From assembly GCA_963702015.1 (NCBI GenBank), contig OY969698.1, positions 989,672 to 1,053,671 on the forward strand: DNA of 64,000 nt. The letters are read 5' to 3'. The position numbers and the translations under genes are program-made. This DNA is from an uncultured Planctomycetaceae bacterium. Its GTDB lineage: Bacteria > Planctomycetota > Planctomycetia > Pirellulales > PALSA-1355. The notes below the pieces were generated by a model. The model worked only from the letters and a program-made list of their open reading frames with translations, was not told where the DNA came from and did not search any database. This document shows positions 34,001 to 43,296 of the stretch, one piece after another (positions within the stretch are counted from its first letter, which is position 1; each line of letters starts with the position of its first letter).

Positions 34001-34654
34001 GCCTCCGACCCTAACAGCCATCCAGAGCCTTGCAGCCGCCAAGCCCTGTGCAGAGCCAGCCCGCGTGGCCGGAGGGGGGTTCTGGACCAAACCGAGGGGG
34101 TTTTTTGGCGGGTCAAGGGGGGGGGCGGCCACTGGTGGTTAGCGGGGGTTTGGGAGCAGAAAGAACGCCCGTCAGCTGGCACCATTTTGGGGAATCTTTC
34201 CCCAAATCGGTGAGACGTCCGGGCGGGGTACTGATCGCGAGCGGAGTTTTGCCGATCTCGTCGGCGGTTCTGGATCGTCACCGCCGAGGAGTCTCCGCAT
34301 GGCTCTCGACACGCGCCGGGCGGCGGCTGCGAGGCCGCCTGGCTCATCAGGTGTGCCGGGCGGCCGGCGGCGGGATCCGCCAGTTGGCATCGGCTTGCAG
34401 AGCGGACGCCGAGCGGCTTCTCAATCGGCCCGTTCCGCCGCTCGTTTCGCTTTGCCGCTCTTCGCTGCTCTTGAAGAGCAAGCTGGTCCGGGCCGGTTGT
34501 ATCGACCGGAGGGATTCGTCAGTCGGCTCGCGCGGTGAGGGGCGCGGACTCGTGATGATTGCGCATATTGCGGCGAGGGACGTCACCGGTTCGACGACCA
34601 CGAACCCGTGTGTTGAGCAGCGATTTTTTCCTTATGGCTGGACTTAAAAATCCT

Positions 34655-34760
34655 CCACCAAGTTGGTGAAGAATCACCAGCATGGTGAAACGGCTCACAA
34701 CGGTTGTCGAGCGCTGTGTTTACAACGACTGACGTCGGCAGTGCGTCACCACGTTGGTGA
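34655..34760. promoter_or_regulatory. Three inverted repeats (T/C)CACCA-N3-TGGTGA, candidate operator sites
   Basis: CCACCAagtTGGTGA at 34655-34669; TCACCAgcaTGGTGA at 34674-34688; TCACCAcgtTGGTGA at 34746-34760. An additional GGTGAA half-site lies near 34849. They are located 215-320 bp upstream of the next credible start. Confidence 0.4.
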
Positions 34761-34974
34761 AATAACTGCGCGGCGCGGGTTGCAGGGGCGCGCGGAAAAA
34801 ACGTCGGAAATTTCGCAGTGGTGTTTTATCAAATCCGACGATTGACGCGGTGAAAGTAGCGAGTGGTATGTCGATTGCCTGTGGCGTGCGGGATTCTTTA
34901 TGCGCACGTCGGGCGAGGATGCGGACATCCTGGCGCGGCGTTGCCAACTTATTTCATTGAGAGAGGCAAACGCA

Positions 34975-35877
34975 ATGAATATCGCAATTGGGGCGGTACT
35001 GCGCCAATACGGCCTGGAGGCCGAGGCGTCGATGGGAAGCTCGCGCCGCGGAACAGAGCGCTGCGAGACAGAGCGGTGGGGACCGGATCGCTACGGATCA
35101 GAGCGCCGGGGACCGTATCGCTGGCAACCACTCGATCTGTGGAAAACTAGCGTTTTTTGGCCGAAATTGGCCGCATTTTGGGCAGTGATGGCAATGCTGT
35201 CGCTGAGTATCCCGGCGGCTTTGGCGTCGCCGGTGGTCGATAGTTTTTCGGGAACTTCAAACGGTACCGCGCCGACTACGGGCACAGTATCGAGCTTCAG
35301 TTTTGATGGCGGAGCACCAATCAGCACGCCCGTGCCGACGAGCTTGTTGAGCACGGGAGGCTTCGACTCGAGTGCTTCGACTCCGATGACCATCAACGTG
35401 GCCAGCTTCAACGACATCACAACTCTTGGGGCAACCGCGTCAGACCTGATTCTGACGAACGGCAGTGACACCGTTGACTTTACGTTGTCGGACGTGGGAA
35501 TAAAAAACTATTCCATTCCGGTGACGGGATCGCTGTTTTTCAACTATGGAATCATCACGGCGGCCGTTCCCGTCGGCGGTGTTTTGGTGACCGGTCCCGA
35601 CAAAACCGAGCTGCAGAACGAGCTTGCGGATTTCACGATGAACGGTGGAGGCCTGTTTTTGACCTACAACGGGATCAATATCGTCTCAGGGGAGGCCACG
35701 ATCGGCTCTTCCCCCTCGGCCTCCTTCACGGTGGTTGCGGGTCTAACACCCTCAGCCCCCGAACCGACTGCGGCCATTTTGAGCCTAAGCGGGGCGGCGG
35801 CCATCATCTTGGCAAAGTTGGCACGGCAGTTGCGTAGGAAAAATTTAATTCCAAACGAGGAATCACCCGACTCATGA
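34975..35877 (+). CDS. PEP-CTERM sorting-domain protein (start uncertain)
   Basis: C-terminus ..LTPSAPEPTAAILSLSGAAAIILAKLARQLRRKN.. gives PEP motif, TM helix and basic cluster. An internal signal-like segment, KLAAFWAVMAMLSLSIPAALA|SP, lies at about 35165-35230. Possible starts are 34900, 34975 or a non-ATG codon near 35150-35190. Confidence 0.6.
   Translation: MNIAIGAVLRQYGLEAEASMGSSRRGTERCETERWGPDRYGSERRGPYRWQPLDLWKTSVFWPKLAAFWAVMAMLSLSIPAALASPVVDSFSGTSNGTAPTTGTVSSFSFDGGAPISTPVPTSLLSTGGFDSSASTPMTINVASFNDITTLGATASDLILTNGSDTVDFTLSDVGIKNYSIPVTGSLFFNYGIITAAVPVGGVLVTGPDKTELQNELADFTMNGGGLFLTYNGINIVSGEATIGSSPSASFTVVAGLTPSAPEPTAAILSLSGAAAIILAKLARQLRRKNLIPNEESPDS
35069..35128. repeat. Imperfect 30-bp tandem repeat x2 (CAGAGCGnnGGGGACCGnATCGCT..)
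   Basis: 35069-35098 versus 35099-35128 match at 22 of 30 positions by my alignment. The repeat lies in the leader or N-terminal region of the PEP-CTERM gene. Confidence 0.6.
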
Positions 35878-36410
35878 GCGGCCGGGTGAAGGCAGATAGT
35901 GGAAAGGCGGTCTTAACGATGGCTTTGGTTCAGACGGAAGCGACGGTGGGGACAGTCACACACCGTACGGCTTCCGCACGGCCGGCAACCAAGGGAGTGG
36001 GGGTTCTTCACTGTCTGGTGGCATCGGCCCAAACAGCCCGACAGCGGCTACTTGCGCAGTCGGCGAAGCAATGGGGCTGGGAGACGACCGTTTGCAGCGA
36101 TCCGGCCGAAGCCCAATGGACAGTGGCTCGGATGTGCACACAGTTGGCTTTTGTCGACTTGGAAGGAGAGCAAGGGGCAGGCTTTCAAACGCTCGTTCGA
36201 CAGTTGGCTGATCAGCGGCAAGTGCTGCTGGTGGTCTGCGGCCACGAGCAGGATGGGACCGAAGAAGTTTGGGCCCGTCAGCTGGGCGTCTGGTTTTATT
36301 TGCCTGGCATTTGTGACCTGAACACCGTTGGGCTGTTATGCCGCGATGCACGGAGCATCGTTGCCCAACGGGTGAAGACCACGGAGCGAGACATTTCGGT
36401 TTCGCAGTAA
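35874..36410 (+). CDS. Receiver-like (CheY-fold) protein lacking the canonical acidic pocket
   Basis: ATGA overlap with the PEP-CTERM stop. ..VLHCLVASAQTARQRLL..ETTVCSDPAEA..QLAFVDLEG..LVRQLADQRQVLLVVCGHE..ARQLGVWFYLPG follows the beta-alpha receiver pattern. The N-terminal DD pair and the conserved Lys are not evident. Confidence 0.4.
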   Translation: MSGRVKADSGKAVLTMALVQTEATVGTVTHRTASARPATKGVGVLHCLVASAQTARQRLLAQSAKQWGWETTVCSDPAEAQWTVARMCTQLAFVDLEGEQGAGFQTLVRQLADQRQVLLVVCGHEQDGTEEVWARQLGVWFYLPGICDLNTVGLLCRDARSIVAQRVKTTERDISVSQ

Positions 36411-36474
36411 ATGGTCTTGGCACGCCATTCGCACTTATTCGCACTTAGGTGACTTCAATAACGGGGGATCAATC

Positions 36475-36653
36475 ATGAACATGGCCTACAATCTCGATCA
36501 AGATCGCAACTTCGAATATCAGAACGAAGAGTCGGCCAGCAGTGCCGGCCGTGAGAAGATTCAGCGCAAGAGCCAAATGAGCTACGCCCGCAAGGGCAAG
36601 CCCATGCTTACAACGGAATTCACCGTCGCCGCAACAAGCGGTTCTCTTGGTAA
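36475..36653 (+). pseudogene. Small basic hypothetical protein (~59 aa if one frame break near 36603 is corrected)
   Basis: MNMAYNLDQDRNFEYQNEESASSAGREKIQRKSQMSYARKGKP has coding-like codon usage. After a -1 shift it ends HAYNGIHRRRNKRFSW*. The uncorrected 143-aa continuation (to 36906) looks non-coding. Confidence 0.3.
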
Positions 36654-37127
36654 TCGTTGCGACGCAAGCAGTCGGTTTCGGCGCTTGCGCAGCTTCGAGG
36701 GCGGCGACCGATTGATCCCTGGATCTTCGGCAGGCCCGACAGGTACTTCGGTACGGCCCGTTTTTGCGACGGGTGAGGAAAGAGAAGTGTTGGAGTTCGC
36801 GGTTTGCTTCGCATCATGCTCAATCGGCTATAGACCATTTCGGAAGCAAGCCGCAAAGCGGTTGGCACCCTCCCGGGGGCAAGAGGCGCTGGGTGCCACC
36901 GCGTAAGTGCTGAGAATCGTTCGTGCCGCTTGGGGTCGAGCGCTTCTTTTGAAGGTCGCGCGGACGGAGAGAACAGGCTTTCGTATTTCCCCGGTAAATG
37001 ATTTAAAGGAATAATCAATGACGGTAGTAGAAGCCCGCAGGGCAGTTCGAGACGCAAAGCCACTCTTCGCGGCAGTCGGAGAAGCTGCGATGGTTGTTGT
37101 CGCGTTCGGAGTGGCGGTATTCATTCG

Positions 37128-38841
37128 CTACATGGACCGCATCACCTGGTAGCCGCCACAGCCAAAGAGACCGAACGCGTTATAGGCCGCGCTGGTCGCG
37201 GCCTTTTTCTTGCGCGGCGCTGTGCGCGTGGCGACCGGCGAGGGAGCCGATTCCGCTGTCGAACTAGAAGCATCAAATCGATGGGCGACAATCTCGACGC
37301 TGGCGGCTCCGGCAGCGCAGTCGTTTTGCCCCTCGACGTATAAACGACATTGGCAAGGCCCCGACGCACTGGCAGGCACTTTGAATCGCAGTACGACCTC
37401 GCCCGGCGTGACTCGCTCGACGGTGCGAAACAGTCCAGGCTCGTTGGCCAGCCGGTAGGTCTCGGCGAATTCAGCCTGCGCCTCGGCCGTGACCGTAAAC
37501 GATTGCCGGCGCGGCGCGGTGCCGGGTGGCCGATCGCGACGCGGCACCAACTCCAACGTCGCCTGACCGGCAAGCGGAATCACGGCGGAAACTTCGATCT
37601 CATCTCCGCGCGTGGCCTGGGCTGGACAGGCGAGTTCAATCACCTGAGGCTGATGGAGCCGGAGCAGCGGATCGCCCAGCAGATTGAACAGCCACAGATG
37701 CTCGACCAGTTCGTCACGTGGGTCGACGGGATTGAGCAACGCGGCCATGGCGTCGATTGCCTGCCGGGTCGAACCCTCGGCGGCCGAAGAGAGCATGCGG
37801 CGTTTCGCGGCCACGAGCGCGTGGCCCAGCGTTGTCGACCGGCTGGAGAAAAACTCGTCCATCAGTTCGCAACCGAGCACAGCCATCGCATAGGGCATCG
37901 TGACGCGCGAACCACCCACGACAGCGACGGGGCCGCCCGGAGCTGCGCAACATTTCTTCGGCCAGGCAGTCATCGGCACGATCAAATGCGCCCGTGTAGC
38001 AGGCAAGCAGGCAGGCGATCGGAGCGCCATGCCGACTGCGCACGAGCTCCATGTCGGAGCGAGAGAGCGAAGCATAGCTGCCGCCGGGAACTTCCACGTC
38101 GGCCAGGCGGTGGGGCCAGGCGTGGCCCACATAGATCCAGCACAAGCTTCCTTCCGACAGCGACTCGAGCACCGCCTGGCGAAACTGAAGTGGATGGGGA
38201 CAATAGGGGCTGCGCCAGTTGCCGTAGGTGATGTGAGTCGTGTAGCTGGCCGGTACGCCGGTGACGATGATGCGCCGCGCGGCCGCTTCGATCGCGGCGT
38301 CAGCCAGAGCGCCAAAGCCCCCGAGCCCTGCCACAAGATTGACGTTCCGCCGCCATGGCCCAAAGTCTGAGCCGCGCTCATACGCCAAAATCTTCGCGAC
38401 GATCCGAGCCAGTTCGTCGGGTGTGTCGGCCGCCAACCGGCCGACGGCCAGTTCGGGCAAGACATCATCGTCGAGATCGGCATAACCATTGTCCGACGCG
38501 ATCGACAATTCCGAGCCAAACCGCGGAGTCACCTTGGCGGGAATGAAGCAAGTCGGAACCGAGAGCGCATCGGCCGGTCTGCCGGCTTGGCCGGTCGCCG
38601 CGACGTCGCCGATCAAGACAACGTACTGGAGGCCGCCTTGCCGGGCCTGGCGACGGATCGCGTCGCGCAGTGCATCGGCCGCCAAACCGCCGGGCAGGAT
38701 TTTGATGCGATGCCCCTGGGCCTCGCGGTGGGCCAGCCACGGAGCCAGTGCCGGACGAAACGCGGCGGGGCAAACAACGAGCGTGTCGACCGGCGCGGCC
38801 GAGAGTGTTGCCAGACAGACCGCGAGCAGGCAGGTGTTCAT
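37128..38841 (-). pseudogene. C25-family (gingipain-like) cysteine peptidase with signal peptide (one frame break near 37948)
   Basis: MNTCLLAVCLATLSAAP signal peptide. YVVLIGDV..IP..SDNGYADLDDDVLPELAVGRLAADTPDELARIVAKILAYE. Putative His in WIYVGHAWPH and Cys in IACLLACYTGAF. The C-terminal beta-rich part is in ORF 37128..38519. Confidence 0.7.
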
Positions 38842-39047
38842 GGCCGGAAGTTCTCGCGCCGTAGAGGACGGGAGGCGGAAGGAAGCCAGTCGCGACACTC
38901 ACTTCCATGAAGTCGGCTGGCCAGGCGGGGGGATTGTAGCAATACCGAGCGAAAAGGCGCAAGAGCGCTTTATCGCACCGCGGGAGGGCGCCGAAGAAGG
39001 GGGCGAGCCACAGGGACTCGCCAGGCCGCAGCGAGATGGTGCCGCCG

Positions 39048-39887
39048 CTATTGCCGCCGGCGCTGATAGCGGCGGCTGGCTTGCTCGAGAGTGCGTCGTT
39101 CTTGTTTCGTCAAGCTGGCTTCGCCGTCGCGGCTGATCTTTTCCAAGATGGCGTCGACTTGCCGGGCCAATTGACGTTCTTCGGCTTCGGGATCGTGGAG
39201 CTTCAACTTCGTGGGGCGCTTCAGGCGCGGCCAACGACTGGGAAGCATCCGGCCCAGGTTCCAACCGGTGCGGTAATAGATGAAGGCGAAGAGCGCGCCG
39301 GCCAGGTGGGCCGTGTGAGCGACGTGATCGTTCGTGGCCTGCGGCATGGCGCCCAGGAGGTCGACGCCGATGACGATTGCGCCGAGCACCCAGGCACGCA
39401 TCGGAAAGACGCCGAAGAAATAGATGATCTGCTGAGGAAAATGGAGGACGGAAAGGATCAGGATACCGATCACCGCGCCAGAGGCGCCGATGCAGGTGTG
39501 ACCCATGCCTTGATATCCGGCGGCGTTTTCAGCCAGCACCCAGACGAGGCCCGACATGACGTCGAGCATCAGATAAATGCGCAAGAATTCGCGCGGGCCA
39601 TAAATCTCTTCAATCGCCCGGCCGAAGAAATACAGCCCCAGCATGTTCCAGAGGATGTGCCAGGGGGCCTGGTGGACGAATCCGTAGGTCACCAAACGCC
39701 AGCATTCCCAAGGCGTGTGGAGCAGATCGGAGTTCAGCTCCAAATACTTTACCGGCCACTCGTTCAGCAAGCTGTCCAGGAAGAAGACGACGACGTTGAC
39801 AACGATCAACCAGAAGACCATCGAACGGCCATGCAACAGGTTGCCCGATTCGTCGTCGCGATAGTAAGTTCGATCGTAGATGCCCAT
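39048..39887 (-). CDS. Rhomboid-family intramembrane serine protease
   Basis: WRLVTYGFVHQAPWHILWNMLGLYFFG, GASGAVIGIL (catalytic Ser motif), AHTAHLAGALFAFIY (His). The C-terminal cytosolic tail is basic. Start chosen at MGIYDRTYY (ATG at 39887). Confidence 0.85.
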   Translation of the reverse strand: MGIYDRTYYRDDESGNLLHGRSMVFWLIVVNVVVFFLDSLLNEWPVKYLELNSDLLHTPWECWRLVTYGFVHQAPWHILWNMLGLYFFGRAIEEIYGPREFLRIYLMLDVMSGLVWVLAENAAGYQGMGHTCIGASGAVIGILILSVLHFPQQIIYFFGVFPMRAWVLGAIVIGVDLLGAMPQATNDHVAHTAHLAGALFAFIYYRTGWNLGRMLPSRWPRLKRPTKLKLHDPEAEERQLARQVDAILEKISRDGEASLTKQERRTLEQASRRYQRRRQ

Positions 39888-40185
39888 CGAATCGTTCTCA
39901 ACCGATGACGATGCCGCCGAACGTTCCCACGGAATGACTGGCTCTGCCGGTCGGCTGCCAGCCAGCTTCCTCGCGCGGGTAAGTTGGCGCCACCGGTGGT
40001 GCCAAGCGTCGCTCAACATATCTTAGCAGTTCGCCGGCCGAAAGTGCGCTGCGCGAAGCGGACTGCCTTTTCCGAACTCCCGCGAGAATCGAGCAGCCGC
40101 ACGATTCGGCGAGCGATCGTTGCGCGCCCCACGGGCGGCCAGTTCAAAATGGGTGGACCGGGCATCCCAACTGCCAGCGGGGGGT

Positions 40186-41298
40186 TCAGTCGACCGCCTT
40201 GATCGGCGCGTCGAGGTTGGCCTGTTCACCGGTTGCCCGGTCGATTTCTTCGGCCGCCTTGAGCTGGATCCGCCGAATGTTTCGAGCGGTTTGGATGGTA
40301 GCAGTCAGCGAGGCCTGCCACTCGGCGCGAACGTCGGCGAATTGTTTTTCGAGCGTTTTCAAGTACGCAAGAATGACTTTTTGCTCGTAACGGAATTTTT
40401 CTCGATCGGCCGAGAGCGCCACGCTTTCCGCCTGGCGAAACTGGACTTCTTCTTCGGCTTTCTTTTGAGCCGATTCGATCCGTTGCAAATTGTCCTTCGT
40501 GGTCGCGATGGATGCGGCCAATAACTCGCGTTCGACCGAATTCTGGTGGAAGAAGTATTCGTAGTCGCGCAGCGGTCGCTCGCCGCTGGCGAACTCGGCC
40601 AGCGACTCGGGCGATTTTTCGGGCAACAAGGCACTCCGCTCTTGAGGCGTCATCGAGGCATAGAGCTTGGCGTCATCGACCGGCATGACGGCATACAGCG
40701 TCCAGAGGCCTTTGGCCCGGGAAAGCCGCTGGCGGTCGCCGTCGGTCAGTGGCAGATTCGGAGCGATTTCGATCGTTTTGGCCGTGCCGTCCGCCTTCGT
40801 AATTTTGAACTCGCCCAGGTACTGGCCTCCCTGGGCCGCGGGCTTCTGCTGGAAGGCAAACACGACCATATTCGTCACGATATCGTGCGGCGTCGGGCTT
40901 TCGATCGTCAGTTCGCCCACGCCCGTCTGCGGGTCAATCTTGTCGAGGTTGGCGCCGTACCAGACGGTGCCGCGACCGACCACGGCGCGGTGCAATTCGG
41001 CTTTGAGCTGGTCGATTCCGGGTTCGACAATCTCGGCACCCTCCTCGACACCGCCCTGAATGCGAACATTCTCGCGTTCGACCTCATCGACCGCCTTCTG
41101 CCAGGCCTGAGCTGTCGACCGCCAGGACTGATGCGTTTTGAGCGTGCGAGCCGAGAGATAGACCATCGCCATGCTGGCGGCAAACACGAACCAGACGATG
41201 ATTACCTGATAGACGCGCCAGCTCTTCGAGGCCATGTACGCCAGAAAGAAACTCGCGAGAATGAGCAGCAGCGCGAAAATCTCGAGGACCGTGCCCAT
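40186..41298 (-). CDS. Hypothetical membrane-anchored coiled-coil protein
   Basis: Intact 370-aa ORF. Two N-terminal TM segments (IFALLLILASFFLAYMA; VIIVWFVFAASMAMVYL) are followed by long helical/charged regions. No family recognised. Confidence 0.55.
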   Translation of the reverse strand: MGTVLEIFALLLILASFFLAYMASKSWRVYQVIIVWFVFAASMAMVYLSARTLKTHQSWRSTAQAWQKAVDEVERENVRIQGGVEEGAEIVEPGIDQLKAELHRAVVGRGTVWYGANLDKIDPQTGVGELTIESPTPHDIVTNMVVFAFQQKPAAQGGQYLGEFKITKADGTAKTIEIAPNLPLTDGDRQRLSRAKGLWTLYAVMPVDDAKLYASMTPQERSALLPEKSPESLAEFASGERPLRDYEYFFHQNSVERELLAASIATTKDNLQRIESAQKKAEEEVQFRQAESVALSADREKFRYEQKVILAYLKTLEKQFADVRAEWQASLTATIQTARNIRRIQLKAAEEIDRATGEQANLDAPIKAVD

Positions 41299-41612
41299 GC
41301 GCGTTCAATCGCCGTCGTTACTAAGAGGTCTTCAGGAAAAGCGGCGGCCCAAGCGTGCCGCGTCGAGCACGGAGCGGGCGGAAAGCCACCAGGGCGCCCG
41401 AGTCGGTCGTGTCGCGCTAGGTCTTTTCCCGCAGCGGACTTACGACCTAGGGCTGCAATTTCGATCATAAAACCGGCTCCCGCGGGTGTCAAGCTCGGTA
41501 ATCTGAACCGGTGCGTCCCGTGCGCGATCGTAGCGGTTCGGGCGCTCGCGACGAGCCGTTTTCCACGACAACCCCGCCGTTTGAGGCCGCCAGCGCTCGC
41601 CGGTGACCACGG

Positions 41613-43010
41613 CTAGCCCTTGGGCTGGTGCTGGGCGGCCATGGCCAGCGCGACCAGATAGGGGACCGGCTCGCTTCCCAGTGCGTTGAGCACGGTGCCG
41701 CCGGCGGTGAAAGTGTGCGTCACGTGATCGGGGTCGCCGTAGCGTTCCAGGGCTGTCCCTCCTTCGCCGCCACCGATGTAGACTTCGACGCCGCCCTCCT
41801 TGAGGCGTTTGAGCTCGCCGATGAACTTGCGAGTGCCTTCCTCGAATCGAGCGTCTTCGAACATTCCAAAGACGCCGTTATGGAAGGCGACTTTGCGTTC
41901 CTTGCTCGGCGCGGCGATGAATTTGGTGATCGCCTCGGCAAAGACGGCGCAACTTTTTGGCCCGATGTCGAACTGCTGATCTTGCGGCCCCATCGTTGCG
42001 CTGGCTTGGCCGTTTTGCAAGACAAAGTCGACCGGCAGCACAAACTCGATGCCCTTTTTCCGTCCTTCGGCGAGCATCCGCTTGGCTTGCTCGATCCGCT
42101 CTCGCGGAATGAAATAGGGTTTGTCGCCATGAACGGGATCTTCGGCGACACCCAATGAACAGGTCTTGCCGGCCAGCTCGGCCTCCGCCTTTTTGAGCGC
42201 CATGGCCAACGAGCCGGCCGTGAAGATCACCCGGGCAGAACCGCGGCCAATCACCGCTTCGAGATCGTCGAGCTTGTCGATCTTGATGCCGCTGAAGACG
42301 ACCAATTGGGCAGCCAGGCAGCGCATCATCGGCCCGTCAAACTGCCCGGCCACGTAGGCGCCGAGCGCCACGCGACGCATGCTGGCCGGCACGATCGTGC
42401 TCGACGCGTCCAGACTGCCCGCCGAGAGCGCCTCGTTGATGTAGACGGCGGCGATCTTTTCGGCGACTTGATTGGCAAACCTGGCCAGCAATTCGGCCAA
42501 CCGAGGCAGATCGTCGGGCTTTGCTTTCCAGAGCACCCGCTCGATGTCGTAGCGCCGCGTGTTTTCCAAAAGCAGCACCGACCCCGGCGCAGCGGCGGCG
42601 ATTTGATCGCGCACCCGATCGCGAACGGTCGCCGTCGACTCGTCGAACCAATCGATCACCAGCGGAACGTCGCTCCCGAGCAATTCGGCCAGCCGCTTGC
42701 CGACGGCCGAGAGCGATTGTTCGGGCTTGCGGCCGATGTGGCCGAAGACGATTTGCTTCCAGCCGCGACCGCGGCCGAACTCGAGCGTGTCGACCATCGA
42801 TCGCAGGCGAATGTCACCCTCGCCGATCTTGGCGCCCGGCTTGGCGTCGACGTCGCCGCGGATCAGCACCGGCGTGCCCGTTGGCACGTCGGCCAGCGTG
42901 GCCAGGCGCGGGATGGCGGCCAGGTAATCGGCCAAGGTTTTCCAGGGTCGCGGGCGAACTCCCAGCAGGGTCTCGCACCACGCCAGCATCAATTCACGGG
43001 TAACGGCCAT
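41613..43010 (-). CDS. Phosphoglycerate-kinase-family protein, divergent (465 aa)
   Basis: PGK blocks are recognisable: LIRGDVDAK (RVDFNVP), DIRLRSMVDTLE, GHIGRK (SHLGRP), LLLENTRRY (LENVRF), HNGVFGMFE (NGPMGVFE), IGGGEGGTA (GGGD), FTAGGTVLNAL (STGGGA). The AHRAHAS block reads AGSLDASS, and there is a ~45-aa N-terminal extension. Confidence 0.6.
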   Translation of the reverse strand: MAVTRELMLAWCETLLGVRPRPWKTLADYLAAIPRLATLADVPTGTPVLIRGDVDAKPGAKIGEGDIRLRSMVDTLEFGRGRGWKQIVFGHIGRKPEQSLSAVGKRLAELLGSDVPLVIDWFDESTATVRDRVRDQIAAAAPGSVLLLENTRRYDIERVLWKAKPDDLPRLAELLARFANQVAEKIAAVYINEALSAGSLDASSTIVPASMRRVALGAYVAGQFDGPMMRCLAAQLVVFSGIKIDKLDDLEAVIGRGSARVIFTAGSLAMALKKAEAELAGKTCSLGVAEDPVHGDKPYFIPRERIEQAKRMLAEGRKKGIEFVLPVDFVLQNGQASATMGPQDQQFDIGPKSCAVFAEAITKFIAAPSKERKVAFHNGVFGMFEDARFEEGTRKFIGELKRLKEGGVEVYIGGGEGGTALERYGDPDHVTHTFTAGGTVLNALGSEPVPYLVALAMAAQHQPKG

Positions 43011-43296
43011 CGTCGAAAACCTCTAAGTAAAGGCGCCCAAAGTCTCGGAGCGATTCGCCCTCGCGGGCCCCGAACGAGCCATCAATGTACTGAAGCGGGC
43101 GCGAGGTTGCCAATGGCCCGAAGCGTAGGTAGAAAATCGTGGCTTTCCCTGGAATTTCTGCCGGAGTGCAGCGGCAATCGGCCCGGCGCTCCTCTGCCAT
43201 GCACCGGCCAGCTTGGGTAAACTGTGTTTCCTCGAAGCGACCACTCGAACATTCTCGCTGCCGCCAGCGAACTCCAACGCCGACGCCGACCCACGC

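Noticed and set aside
33457-34647. ORFs 33457..34347 (minus) and 34030..34647 (plus) in the gap after the giant gene
   Set aside because: The translations are Arg/Pro/Gly/Ser-rich without motifs, have no RBS, and partly overlap the adhesin 3' end and its terminator. I treat the region as non-coding or a degraded remnant.
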